A DNA stretch of 39,743 nucleotides. Source: Armatimonadota bacterium. Lineage in GTDB: Bacteria; Armatimonadota; Fimbriimonadia; Fimbriimonadales; GBS-DC. A program made the translations under genes and the position numbers. Shown one piece after another: positions 16,306 through 25,953 of the stretch (the first letter of the stretch is position 1; each line of letters starts with the position of its first letter). Location of the stretch: contig JBBIML010000024.1 in the NCBI GenBank assembly GCA_037444405.1, positions 1-39,743 of the forward strand. Reading direction: 5' to 3'. The notes under the pieces are model-generated. The model did not search any database. It was not told where the DNA came from and was given only the letters and a program-made list of their open reading frames with translations.

Positions 16306-17328
16306 ATGAATGTGCAGGATTTGCATGACCTGATACGCCTGCTGGAGCAACATCCAGAGTGGCGGGCAGAACTGCGCCGTCTGGTGCTGACAGATGAGCT
16401 GCTGGAGCTGCCAGAGCTGGTGCGCCAGCTGATTGAAGCCCAGCAGCGCATCGAAGCGCAAATCGCGGAGCTGGTCGCGACGCAGCAGATGCTGGTAGAA
16501 ACGCAAAAACAGCATTCGCAGGAGATTCGCGAGCTGCGCGCGATTGCCCAGCAAAACACTGAAGCGATTCGCGAGTTGCGGGAGGTTTCCCGCCAGAACA
16601 CGGAGGCGATTCGCGAGCTGCAGGCAACGGTGCAACAGCATTCCCAGGAGATTCGCGAGCTGCGCGCGATTGCCCAGCAAAACACTGAAGCGATTCGCGA
16701 GCTGCGGGAGGCTACCCAGCGGAACACGGAGGCTATTAACAGGCTTAGCGCGATTCAGGAGCAACAGACTGCGGAGTTGCGTCACCTGCAAAGAACGGTT
16801 GCTGAGTTATCGGAAGATGTAAGAGGCTTGTTAGAATGGCAACGCGGTGAGGCAGGACGACGCGAGGGCGAGCAGTACGAGCAACGCATCCTGAAGCGGG
16901 CGGTTAACCTGTTCTACGGGGGAGATGGCGGAGCAACGGGCGAAACCCATGTGCGCCGTCGCATCGCGCGGTGGCTGCGCCCGCTCTACCAGTCCGACAA
17001 CCTGCCCGATTCTCCGGCTGATCCAGCTGAGGCAGACCTCATCTGGTGGAAGGGCGACACGGTGATGGTGGTGGAGGTCTCGCTGAAGGTGAACGGTCAG
17101 GATGTTCGGCGGGCGCGTCGGCGTGCCGATACCCTGCGGCAGGTGGGCGTCAACGCCGTGCCTGTCGTCATCGGCGAGGAGTGGGCAACGCCCGACGCCC
17201 GAACCACCGCCCAGCAGGAACAGGTCGAATGGAAGATTGGTAGCGAGCTATCAGCCGGCTTTATCGCCCTTCGCCAGATACCAGACGAAACCCCAGAGAA
17301 TGCAGAGCCTGCCAGTGAGTACCGATAA
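16306..17328 (+). CDS. coiled-coil repeat protein with C-terminal PD-(D/E)XK-like nuclease domain
   Basis: N-terminal LEQHPEWRAELRRLVLTDELL; 14-aa repeats; C-terminal EADL..VVEVSLKV..DVRRARRRADTL; extended -10 TGGTATAAT at 16279-16287. Confidence 0.75.
   Translation: MNVQDLHDLIRLLEQHPEWRAELRRLVLTDELLELPELVRQLIEAQQRIEAQIAELVATQQMLVETQKQHSQEIRELRAIAQQNTEAIRELREVSRQNTEAIRELQATVQQHSQEIRELRAIAQQNTEAIRELREATQRNTEAINRLSAIQEQQTAELRHLQRTVAELSEDVRGLLEWQRGEAGRREGEQYEQRILKRAVNLFYGGDGGATGETHVRRRIARWLRPLYQSDNLPDSPADPAEADLIWWKGDTVMVVEVSLKVNGQDVRRARRRADTLRQVGVNAVPVVIGEEWATPDARTTAQQEQVEWKIGSELSAGFIALRQIPDETPENAEPASEYR
16508..16711 (+). repeat. intragenic tandem repeats: 42-bp period, with a 78-bp segment duplicated at 126-bp offset
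   Basis: 16508-16585 versus 16634-16711 differ at 2 positions; protein units HSQEIRELRAIAQQ / NTEAIRELRE. Confidence 0.9.
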
Positions 17329-17339
17329 TCTTTGCAGGC

Positions 17340-19472
17340 ATGGGACTCACGGGCTGGCTGACGCGCGCCTTGCGCCACTCCGATCTGATAATCGCACTCG
17401 CCATTCTGGTGGTGGTGACGATTCTCATTCTGCCACTGCCCGAATGGTTGCTGGACACCTGCCTGGTGATTAACTTCGCCGCGGCAATCATCATCGCGCT
17501 GATGGCGGTCAACATCACTGACCCGCTCCAGTTCTCGGTGTTCCCTGCCCTGCTGCTGGTGACCACGCTCTTTCGGCTAGCGCTGAGCATCGCAGCGACG
17601 AAGCTCATACTGGGCACGGGCAGTGCGGGGCATGTGATAGAAACCTTCGGCAGCTTCGTGGTGGGAGGCGACTTCGTGGTGGGTGTGGTCGCCTTCCTGA
17701 TTCTGGTGATTGTGCAGTTTGTGGTGATTACGAACGGCGCGGGGCGTGTGGCGGAGGTCGCCGCCCGATTCACGCTGGACGCGATGCCCGGCAAGCAGAT
17801 GGCAATCGACGCCGACCTGAACGCCGGGCTGATCGATCAGGATGAGGCACGCCGTCGCCGCCGACTGGTGGAGCTGGAAGCCGATTTCTACGGCGCGATG
17901 GACGGCGCGAGCAAGTTTGTCAAGGGCGATGCCATCGCTGCCGTGCTGATTATTCTCATCAACATCATCGGCGGGTTCGCCGTTGGCTACCTGCGCGGTC
18001 AAGGCGACCCGATGACCGTGCTGCAGACCTACACGCTGCTCACAGTGGGCGAAGGTCTGGTGGCGCAAATCCCTGCCCTGCTGATTTCGACCGCCACAGG
18101 CTTAATGGTGACGCGCGCCTCCACCGAGCAGGCGATGGGACAGGATGTGGTGGGGCAGGTGCTGCAGTACCCGCGCGTGCTGATGGGCGCAGGCGTCGCG
18201 ATCGGGCTGCTTGCGCTGGTGCCGGGCTTCCCCAAACTCCAGTTTCTGATGATTGGGCTGGCGATTGCAGGGCTGGGCTATCTGGCGAGCCGCACGGTTC
18301 TCCTACCTGCCGCCCAGCCGTCCGCGCTTCAGCCAGCAGGCGGCACGCCCGCTGGCACAGCCGCCGAGCCAGCGCCTGCAACGCCCACCGGACCCGAAGC
18401 GGTGCTGCCCCTGCTGAAAGTGGATGCGATCGAACTCGAAATCGGCTACGGACTGCTGCCGCTGGTGGACACGAACCAGCGTGGCGATCTGCTGGAGCGT
18501 ATCGCGGCGATTCGGCGGCAGCTCGCGCTGGAGCTGGGCTTCGTGATGCCGTCCGTGCGCGTGCGCGACAATGTGCGCCTCAAGTCCTATCAATATCAGA
18601 TCAAGATTCGGGGCGAGGTGGTGGCGCTGGCGGAGGTGATGCCACGCCTGCTGCTGGCGATGCCGCCCGCGACCGACGCTCCCCCGGTGGAGGGCATGCT
18701 GACCACCGAGCCAGTGTTCGGCATGCGCGCTTACTGGATCGAGCCTGCCCAGCGCGAGCAAGCAGAACGCTGGGGCTACACCGTCGTGGAGCCATCAGCC
18801 GTGATTGCCACCCACCTGACCGAAGTCGTGCGCCAGCATGCAGCCGACCTGCTGGGACGCGCCGAAGTGCAACAGCTATTAGATAACCTCAAGGAGCAGA
18901 ATCCAGTCGTGGTGCAGGAGCTGGTGCCCGACCTGCTCACACTGGGCGAGGTGCAGAAGGTGCTTCAGCATCTGTTGCGTGAAGGCGTGCCCATTCGCGA
19001 TCTGGTAACGATTCTGGAGGCGCTGGCGGACTACGCGCCGCGCACGCGCGATGTGGAGGCGCTGGGCGAGTATGCCCGCGCCGCGCTGGCGCGCACCATC
19101 ACCCATCGGCTGGTCGATCCACAGGGACGCCTGCATGTGATGGTGCTGGAGCCTGCTCTGGAAGCCTATCTGCGCGAGCAGGTGGAGCAGACGCCGCAGG
19201 GCGTGGTGCTGACGCTGGAGCCAGCGACAGCCCGAAGCCTCCTGCAGGCAATCGGTCAGCATGCTCAGCAGATGAGCGCGAAGGGCTATCTACCTGTGAT
19301 AGCAGTGCCCGCCCAGTTGCGATTGCCCATCCGCAAACTGCTCGGCGCCGACCTGCCCGCCGTGCATGTGATCGCCTATCACGAAATCGCGCCGCGCACA
19401 CCCATTCAGGTGATAAGTCAGGTAGCTCTCAGTGAACTGATGATCCCATCGGTACAGTTGAGCGCGGCATAG
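17340..19472 (+). CDS. flhA: flagellar export apparatus protein FlhA
   Basis: FSVFPALLLVTTLFRL; RVAEVAARFTLDAMPGKQMAIDADLNAG; DFYGAMDGASKFVKGDA; IELEIGYGL. Confidence 0.95.
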   Translation: MGLTGWLTRALRHSDLIIALAILVVVTILILPLPEWLLDTCLVINFAAAIIIALMAVNITDPLQFSVFPALLLVTTLFRLALSIAATKLILGTGSAGHVIETFGSFVVGGDFVVGVVAFLILVIVQFVVITNGAGRVAEVAARFTLDAMPGKQMAIDADLNAGLIDQDEARRRRRLVELEADFYGAMDGASKFVKGDAIAAVLIILINIIGGFAVGYLRGQGDPMTVLQTYTLLTVGEGLVAQIPALLISTATGLMVTRASTEQAMGQDVVGQVLQYPRVLMGAGVAIGLLALVPGFPKLQFLMIGLAIAGLGYLASRTVLLPAAQPSALQPAGGTPAGTAAEPAPATPTGPEAVLPLLKVDAIELEIGYGLLPLVDTNQRGDLLERIAAIRRQLALELGFVMPSVRVRDNVRLKSYQYQIKIRGEVVALAEVMPRLLLAMPPATDAPPVEGMLTTEPVFGMRAYWIEPAQREQAERWGYTVVEPSAVIATHLTEVVRQHAADLLGRAEVQQLLDNLKEQNPVVVQELVPDLLTLGEVQKVLQHLLREGVPIRDLVTILEALADYAPRTRDVEALGEYARAALARTITHRLVDPQGRLHVMVLEPALEAYLREQVEQTPQGVVLTLEPATARSLLQAIGQHAQQMSAKGYLPVIAVPAQLRLPIRKLLGADLPAVHVIAYHEIAPRTPIQVISQVALSELMIPSVQLSAA

Positions 19473-19508
19473 GCAGGGAAACCGTTGTCGTTAGCCAAAA
19501 AGGGGGCT

Positions 19509-22500
19509 ATGATTCGCAGATTATGGCTAACGGCGTTCGGATGTCTGCTATCGGCGCTGGCGTTTGCACAGTTGCCCGCGGCTCAACCGGAGCCGATTCG
19601 CGGTGCCAGGCTACCCGCGCTCAGCCCCGATGGTCGCCAGCTGGCGTTCGTGTATCGGGGCGACATCTGGCTGGCATCCTCCGAGGGCGGGCGCGCCACC
19701 CCGCTCACCCGCCATGTGGAATACGACTCCTACCCGCTCTGGTCGCCCGATGGCAACTGGATAGCGTTCGCCAGCTTGCGCAACGGCAACTGGGATATTT
19801 TCGTGATGTCTGCGACAGGCGGCGCTCCGCGCCAGATCACCTTCCACAGCCAGTCGGAAATCCCCAGCAGCTGGAGCCGCGACGGACGCTACCTCTATTA
19901 CAGCGCGCCCTACGATTCGAACAACCCCGCCGTCATCCAGCTGGATGTGCGCACGGGTCAGTTCAGGCGTGTGCTGGAAGATTACAACGCCATCAACAGC
20001 CCGCAGATTTCACCTGATGGCAACTGGATTGCCTACGGTCGGCACGGCTTCCCGTGGTGGCGTCCGCGCTATGTCGGCTCCGCAGCGATGCAAGTTTGGC
20101 TCTATAACTTGAACACAGGCGAGCGGCGCGCGCTCACGAACGACCGCCGCCAGCACCTATGGACCCAATGGACGCCCGACGGCAACGCGCTGCTGACCGT
20201 GACGATTGGCGAGGAGACGCCTGCCTCGCCTCGACTGGGCGAACGCCTGCCCGTGTTCAAAGACAACCCGCGTCGCACGCCTAACCTGTGGCTGATCGAC
20301 CTGCGCGGGCGCGAACGGCAACTCACACAGTTCACGGGCGGCAGCGTGCGCTTCCCCTCCGTCGCCTATCGCACGGGCGATATCGCCTTCGAGTATGAGG
20401 GTGACCTCTATATTCTGCGAGCGGGTCAGCGCGAGCCGCAAAAGCTTACCCTTTACGCCACGCAGGACGAAACGCAGAACCCGCGCCGACGCGAACTGCT
20501 CACCGCCGGCGTCTCGGAAGCCGAGCCGTCACCCGACGGCAAACTATTCGCCTTTGGACTGCGCGGCGACATCTGGACCATTCAAATCGAAAAGCCGAAA
20601 GAGACGCCCGCCAAACGCAACGCCGAGTTCGCCCGCCGACTCACCGATTGGGTGGGCAACGACTCTGACTTCGTGTGGTCTAAAGACGGCAAAACGCTCT
20701 ACTTCACTTCCGACCGCAACTACTATCAGCAGCTGTACGCGCTGGATATCGAGAGCCTGCAGGTGCGCCCGCTCTGGAAGCAGCCGTTGGATATAACGCG
20801 CCTGAAGCTCTCGCCCGACGGCAAGCAGCTCGGCTTCTGGGTGTCGGGTTCCGAAGGCGGTCTGTATGTGATGAACCTCGAAACGGGCGAGGCGAAGCGT
20901 GTGCTGAAAGAGCCAGGCACGCACTGGTACGGGCTGGGCGGCGGCGATTTTGCCTGGTCGCCCGATATGAAGTGGCTCTGCGTCCAGCGGCGGGGCAAGA
21001 ACCGCGCGTGGAACCTCTGGGTTATCCCTGCCGAGGGCGGCGAACCCATCAACATCACCCGCCTGAACGCCTATCACAGCCAGCCCGCCTGGTCGCCCGA
21101 TGGCAGATATCTCTTCTTCCAGAGCAATCGCGATGGGAACGGTCTCTACATCCTGCCGCTGACCGAAGAGGTCGCCCGCACCGACGATATGGACATCCAG
21201 TTCGAGAAGCCCAAAGAGCCAGTGCAGGTCAAAATCGACTTCGAGCGCATCGACCAGCGCATCCGTCGGCATCACACGCAGAACCCCGATGCCGATCTCA
21301 CGGTCAGCAGCGATGGCAAAATCTACTTCATCTCGGAGGGCGACCTCTGGCAACTTTCGTACGACGGCAAAGAGAGCAAGCGGCTGACCACTGGCGGAGG
21401 GTGCGCTGCACTGCGCGTGTCCGCCGACGGCAAAATGCTGTACTATATTCGCAACGGCGAGCTGTACACGCTGAATCTCGCTGCGAACAACAAGGTGGAG
21501 AAGGTCGATTTCAAGGCGGATATGGAGGTGGACACCCGCGCGGAGCGTCAGGCGGCGTTCGTGCAGTTCTGGCGGGCGTACGAGCGTGGGTTCTACGACC
21601 CGTCGTTTCACGGGCGCGACTGGGTCGCCATCCGCCAGCGGTACGAGCCACTCCTGAACGGTGTGGAGATGCGCGAGGAGTTCGCCCTCGTGCTGCAGAT
21701 GATGGTCGGCGAACTGGAAGCCTCACACAGTGAGGTCGGACCTGCGCCCGGCGGCGTCCGCAGCCCCAGCACGCCCCACCTCGGCTTTACCATCGACTAC
21801 AGCCACGCAGGACCCGGGCTGAAAGTGGGCGAAGTGCCAGAGGGCGCGCCCGGCTCCTACCCCGAAACGCGCATCCGCCCCGGCGAATATGTGCTGAAAA
21901 TCAACGGCGAACCCGTGCGCCCCGACCAGCGACTGTGGCAGCTGATTAACGACAAGGGCGACCGCACCTTCGAGTTTCTGGTCAACAGTAAGCCAATCGA
22001 GGAAGGCGCGCGCGTCGTCAAATACAAGCCGCTCAGCGGCGGCGAGTGGAGCAATCTCCACTATCGCAACCGCATCGAGCGGGCGCGACGCCTCGTGGAA
22101 GAGCGCAGCGGCGGCGCCATCGGCTATGTGTATATCGCTGGCATGGGCGGCGGCAACCAGGCGCGATTCGAACGCGAGTTCTACGAATACGCCGTCGACA
22201 AAAAGGCGATGATTATCGATGTGCGCTTCAACGGCGGCGGCAATATCGCCGACACGCTCGTCGACTGGCTGGAACGCAAGCCGTATGCGTTCTATGTGCC
22301 GCGCGACGGCTATGCGGAGACCGCGCCTTATGGCTCGCTCAACATCCCGATGGTGGTGATGATGAACGAGCGCAGCTTCTCCAACGCCGAGATGTTCCCC
22401 TACGCGATGCGGGCGCGCGGGCTGGCGAAACTCGTCGGCTGGGAGACGCCCGGCTATGTCATCTGGACATGGGGACTGCAGCTGGTGGACGGCACCGACG

Positions 22501-22673
22501 CCCGTATGCCCCAGCAGGGTGCGTTCCGCAAAGACGGCTCCAATATGGAGAACAACGGCGAGAAGCCCGATGTCGCGGTGTGGATGTCGCCGGAAGACTG
22601 GCTCAACGAACGCGACCCCCAATTAGAAAAAGCGATCGAGCTGTTGATGGACGCCATCAAAGACCAGCGATAG
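19509..22673 (+). CDS. tricorn-like S41 protease (PD40 beta-propellers, PDZ, S41 domain)
   Basis: Signal peptide; many WSPDG repeats; GELEASH; IDVRFNGGG; SFSNAEMF catalytic Ser; ENNGEKPD; DPQLEKAI. Confidence 0.92.
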   Translation: MIRRLWLTAFGCLLSALAFAQLPAAQPEPIRGARLPALSPDGRQLAFVYRGDIWLASSEGGRATPLTRHVEYDSYPLWSPDGNWIAFASLRNGNWDIFVMSATGGAPRQITFHSQSEIPSSWSRDGRYLYYSAPYDSNNPAVIQLDVRTGQFRRVLEDYNAINSPQISPDGNWIAYGRHGFPWWRPRYVGSAAMQVWLYNLNTGERRALTNDRRQHLWTQWTPDGNALLTVTIGEETPASPRLGERLPVFKDNPRRTPNLWLIDLRGRERQLTQFTGGSVRFPSVAYRTGDIAFEYEGDLYILRAGQREPQKLTLYATQDETQNPRRRELLTAGVSEAEPSPDGKLFAFGLRGDIWTIQIEKPKETPAKRNAEFARRLTDWVGNDSDFVWSKDGKTLYFTSDRNYYQQLYALDIESLQVRPLWKQPLDITRLKLSPDGKQLGFWVSGSEGGLYVMNLETGEAKRVLKEPGTHWYGLGGGDFAWSPDMKWLCVQRRGKNRAWNLWVIPAEGGEPINITRLNAYHSQPAWSPDGRYLFFQSNRDGNGLYILPLTEEVARTDDMDIQFEKPKEPVQVKIDFERIDQRIRRHHTQNPDADLTVSSDGKIYFISEGDLWQLSYDGKESKRLTTGGGCAALRVSADGKMLYYIRNGELYTLNLAANNKVEKVDFKADMEVDTRAERQAAFVQFWRAYERGFYDPSFHGRDWVAIRQRYEPLLNGVEMREEFALVLQMMVGELEASHSEVGPAPGGVRSPSTPHLGFTIDYSHAGPGLKVGEVPEGAPGSYPETRIRPGEYVLKINGEPVRPDQRLWQLINDKGDRTFEFLVNSKPIEEGARVVKYKPLSGGEWSNLHYRNRIERARRLVEERSGGAIGYVYIAGMGGGNQARFEREFYEYAVDKKAMIIDVRFNGGGNIADTLVDWLERKPYAFYVPRDGYAETAPYGSLNIPMVVMMNERSFSNAEMFPYAMRARGLAKLVGWETPGYVIWTWGLQLVDGTDARMPQQGAFRKDGSNMENNGEKPDVAVWMSPEDWLNERDPQLEKAIELLMDAIKDQR

Positions 22674-22703
22674 AGCGTTCCCGCTCTACGCTGGGGGCGA
22701 ACT

Positions 22704-22771
22704 CGTACGGGCGCGGTCTCCGTCCCTCCTTGCGCCTATCAGGCAACCGTACGGGCGCGGTTTCCGCGCCC
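22704..22771 (+). repeat. two direct copies of REP-like CGTACGGGCGCGG-(TCT/TTT)-CCG(CG)CCC
   Basis: 22704-22726 (degenerate) and 22748-22771 (perfect hairpin), between convergent genes. Confidence 0.65.
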
Positions 22772-22805
22772 CCATGGCTCCGCGTCCCCCTTGCGCCCAC
22801 CGCCA

Positions 22806-24263
22806 CTATCGCAGGAGCGATAGCACCGATTGCGGGATGTTGTTCGCCTGCGCCAGCACCGCCATGCCCGATTGCATCAGAATCTGCTGGCGTGTGAGTG
22901 CAGCGATCTCGGTGGCGAAATCGGCGTCGCGAATGGTCGACTCGCTTGCCGTCACATTCTCGCGAGCCACATTCAGCGAACGGATATTGCTCTCCAGCAC
23001 ATAGCGCTGGAAGGAGCCGATGTCGCCCCGAATGCGCGAAATCTGCTGGATGGCGGCGTCGATGATGCGGAGCGCGGTGTCGGTCTGATCCTGTTGCGTT
23101 ACATCGACATCGGCGAGGCTTTTGCCCGCGATCACGCTGGTGCCGAGCTTGTTGGCGTGGATATCGATGAGCGAGAATTGCACGAGCACGAACTGCCCGC
23201 TGTTGGCGCCGACCTGAAACTGGAGCTGTCCTGCGCTCACATAGGCGACGCTGTTGGTGCCTGTGGCGGTGTTGCCCTGCTCGGTCAGCAGCAACACATT
23301 GCCGTAGGCGTCGGAGACGCGCAGCCCCGAATCGCCCACGCCGCGCCCGCCCGTGAACAGCACGGCTGTCAGCCCCGAACTGGTGCTTGCCTGCACATTG
23401 ACCACCGCGTCGGTTCCCGCCACCTGCGCACTGGTGCCCGCTGTGGCGACGAAGCCCGCCGTGTCGTGCATGATGATGCGGTACTGCGAGCCGTAGTCGC
23501 GCTGGCGTAGCCGGACGATATAGCTCCCGTTCGCGAAAGAGGCTTCTGCGATGACGCCTGTGAGGTTGGAAACGGCGTTCACTTTGTTGAGGAAGGTCTC
23601 CAGCGTGTCGCTGCTCTCCGCGCTGATGGTGTGCCCGTTGATCACGATATTGCCCGATCGCCCGATCTGCGAGGTGAGGAAGGCGTAGGTGACGCCGCCG
23701 GCATAGGCGGCGCGGGTCGCCTGCGTAATGACGCTGATCTCCACATAGCCTGTGGCGGTCGGCAGCCCCGCGAAGGTGCCCCCGATATAAATACCTGCCA
23801 GCAAGTTCGCGTTGGTAATCTGCGCGGAGATGCCCGAAGTGCCGTCCAGCAGCTTCTTGGTGCCGAAAGCGGTCTGATCGGCGATGCGATTGATGCTGTC
23901 GATCAGCGCACGAATCTGCGACTGGTCCGCCAGCAGCGCGTTGTAGTCGTTGACGCCCGTGTTGGCAGCGTGCAGCACCAGCTGGCGCATGGAGCGCAGG
24001 GCGTTATGCACCTCGTCCAGCGCCGCCTCCGCCGTTTTGAGCATGTTGACCGCGTCCTGCGCGTTGTTGATCGCTTGCTGCAGGCTGGCGATCTGAGCGC
24101 GCATGTTCTCGGAAATAATCAACCCGGCAGGATCATCGGCGGCGCGATTGACTCGCAGCCCCGAAGCCAGCCGCTCAATCGTGCGCCCCAGCATGTCTGA
24201 GGTCTGGGTCAGGTTCCTCAGCGCGTTGATCGCCTGTATGTTCGTGTTGATTCTCAGGCTCAT
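22806..24263 (-). CDS. fliC: flagellin
   Basis: MSLRINTN; RLASGLRVNRAADDPAG; QFQVGAN; SESTIRDADFATE; AVLAQAN..QSVLSLLR. Confidence 0.95.
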   Translation of the reverse strand: MSLRINTNIQAINALRNLTQTSDMLGRTIERLASGLRVNRAADDPAGLIISENMRAQIASLQQAINNAQDAVNMLKTAEAALDEVHNALRSMRQLVLHAANTGVNDYNALLADQSQIRALIDSINRIADQTAFGTKKLLDGTSGISAQITNANLLAGIYIGGTFAGLPTATGYVEISVITQATRAAYAGGVTYAFLTSQIGRSGNIVINGHTISAESSDTLETFLNKVNAVSNLTGVIAEASFANGSYIVRLRQRDYGSQYRIIMHDTAGFVATAGTSAQVAGTDAVVNVQASTSSGLTAVLFTGGRGVGDSGLRVSDAYGNVLLLTEQGNTATGTNSVAYVSAGQLQFQVGANSGQFVLVQFSLIDIHANKLGTSVIAGKSLADVDVTQQDQTDTALRIIDAAIQQISRIRGDIGSFQRYVLESNIRSLNVARENVTASESTIRDADFATEIAALTRQQILMQSGMAVLAQANNIPQSVLSLLR

Positions 24264-24314
24264 CCGTAAGACCCCCTTGCATTGCGGGCAACCCCGCAAT
24301 TTTGCTGATGGCGA

Positions 24315-24342
24315 TTATCGGCAGGGTTGCCCCACATCTTTA
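24315..24342 (-). promoter_or_regulatory. sigma-28 (FliA/SigD) promoter of flagellin
   Basis: Minus strand TAAA-N16-GCCGATAA; the -35 overlaps the TAA stop of the upstream gene. Confidence 0.85.
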
Positions 24343-25905
24343 GGGGGTTCGGTCGGACATCATCGCCTGCACAATCGCAGCGAGCTCCTGCCCGTTGTGG
24401 CATTCGCGCACGGCGTCGGCAAGCGTCTGCATGAAGGTGTGATACCGCTCGTGCCACTGGCGATAGGCAAGCGCGATTCGGTTGCGGCTGTGGGGCGGCA
24501 GTGCGGGATAGACGGGGCGCAACTCCGCCTTGAGCAGCTCAATCTGCTCGCGATAGGGCGCCAGCGCCTGCTCCATCTCGCCCCGGAGATGATGGTACTG
24601 CCGATAAAGCGCCTGATAGCGGCGAATGGCGACCCATGCCCGCTGGTCAGCGGGCGTAGCGGGATTACCATTGGAACCCTCCTGCAGGATAGCTGTCGCT
24701 GGGGTCTCACGCTCGTGCGGTTCACGCTCCTGCTCGCCTGGCGTTGCCCGTGCTCGCTGGGCGCGCTCGCGCTCATCCTGCGTGAGGCGAGCCGCCACCC
24801 AGTGCCCTATCGGTTTCGCTCGTCCCTCCAGAAAGCCCTCCAGCATCGCGCAAGCCAGCAACGGCAGCATCAGCAGCATCGTCACCAGCATCACCAGCGA
24901 GACCCAGCCACCGGATGCGCTCGCCGAACGCGCCAGATTGACCAGCAGCAGCCACCAGGGCGCCAGCGCGAGCAGAGTCAGCACCAGCCCGATGCCGACG
25001 CTCCACGCTGCAAGGCGCGACTTGCTGGCACTCCAGCCGAACAGATGATAGAGTTCGGCGACGACCGCCGTCGCGCCCCACAGCACGCGCGTCCACAGAT
25101 ACGCCAGCGCGATGCCCGCTAACGATGCCAGCGCCGTCAGAATCGGCTCACGGATGGGTTCACCGGGCACAACCAGCCCCACAATCAGCGCGAGCATCAG
25201 CCCCAGCCCCGCGCCCGCGACCACTATCAGCGCCCACCACAGGGTAGGAGGAACCAGCCGACCCTGATAGTGCGGCAGGTTCTGCTCGTGAATCACTTCC
25301 GAAGGGGTCAGCGGAGGCGGTTCGGGCGGTTGCGCAATCGACAGCACAGGTAGGTTCGGCTCGGTTTGGGGCGCGGGCGGCAGTGTCGCACCCGCCTCGG
25401 CAGGGCTGGCGCTGCTCATGGGCGATTGAGCAGAACTATTCGCGGTAAACGCCTCCTCGCTCAGCGGGTCGCCGCGCAGGTTGATGCCCGCCTGCGCCGC
25501 CTGCTCGTACGCCTCGCGCCACGCCCTGTACAGCTCCTCCCGCAGAGCGTCGAGTTCGGGCTGCCATCGCTGGCGGATGGGCTCCATCTGCTGCTCGACG
25601 GCGCGAATCTGCTCGCGGAGCGCGTCGTTGCGCTTCTCGGCGTCCACCCGCTCCTGCACGAAGCGTGCCTCCTCCTGCTCGCGTATCTGCCGATAGCGCT
25701 GATAGGCGAGTCGAATCTCCTCATAGAGGGAGATGAGCAGGTTCGCCTTCGCCAGATTGACCTGCTTGAGCTGTTCAATCAGCGGTTTCCAGCCGCTCTG
25801 CTCATACGGCACATCCTCAAAAACGGGCTCGCGCAGCCACCCCTCCTGCTCGTACCAGGGCGTGCCGTCGCTGCCCGCCGCCGTCTGATGAGGCAGGTTG
25901 AACAT
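24340..25905 (-). CDS. hypothetical membrane protein with coiled coils flanking about 4 TM helices
   Basis: Long ORF with genome-like codons; charged heptads at both ends, Pro/Ser linker, hydrophobic core. Confidence 0.75.
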   Translation of the reverse strand: MFNLPHQTAAGSDGTPWYEQEGWLREPVFEDVPYEQSGWKPLIEQLKQVNLAKANLLISLYEEIRLAYQRYRQIREQEEARFVQERVDAEKRNDALREQIRAVEQQMEPIRQRWQPELDALREELYRAWREAYEQAAQAGINLRGDPLSEEAFTANSSAQSPMSSASPAEAGATLPPAPQTEPNLPVLSIAQPPEPPPLTPSEVIHEQNLPHYQGRLVPPTLWWALIVVAGAGLGLMLALIVGLVVPGEPIREPILTALASLAGIALAYLWTRVLWGATAVVAELYHLFGWSASKSRLAAWSVGIGLVLTLLALAPWWLLLVNLARSASASGGWVSLVMLVTMLLMLPLLACAMLEGFLEGRAKPIGHWVAARLTQDERERAQRARATPGEQEREPHERETPATAILQEGSNGNPATPADQRAWVAIRRYQALYRQYHHLRGEMEQALAPYREQIELLKAELRPVYPALPPHSRNRIALAYRQWHERYHTFMQTLADAVRECHNGQELAAIVQAMMSDRTP

Positions 25906-25953
25906 AACAGACCACTCCACCCGCATGATACCCGCCACGGAGCGCGCATGCAA

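Noticed and set aside
16500..16740. Possible CRISPR array or DGR template
   Set aside because: The repeats are in-frame coding units without unique spacers; no cas or reverse transcriptase gene nearby.
16228..16791. ORF-track N-terminal extension of the glycoside hydrolase (1174 aa)
   Set aside because: It is the stop-free antisense of the repeat region of the + strand gene 16306-17328.
17340..19472. Injectisome (SctV) assignment
   Set aside because: The sequence is FlhA-like, and a flagellin with a sigma-28 promoter is nearby.
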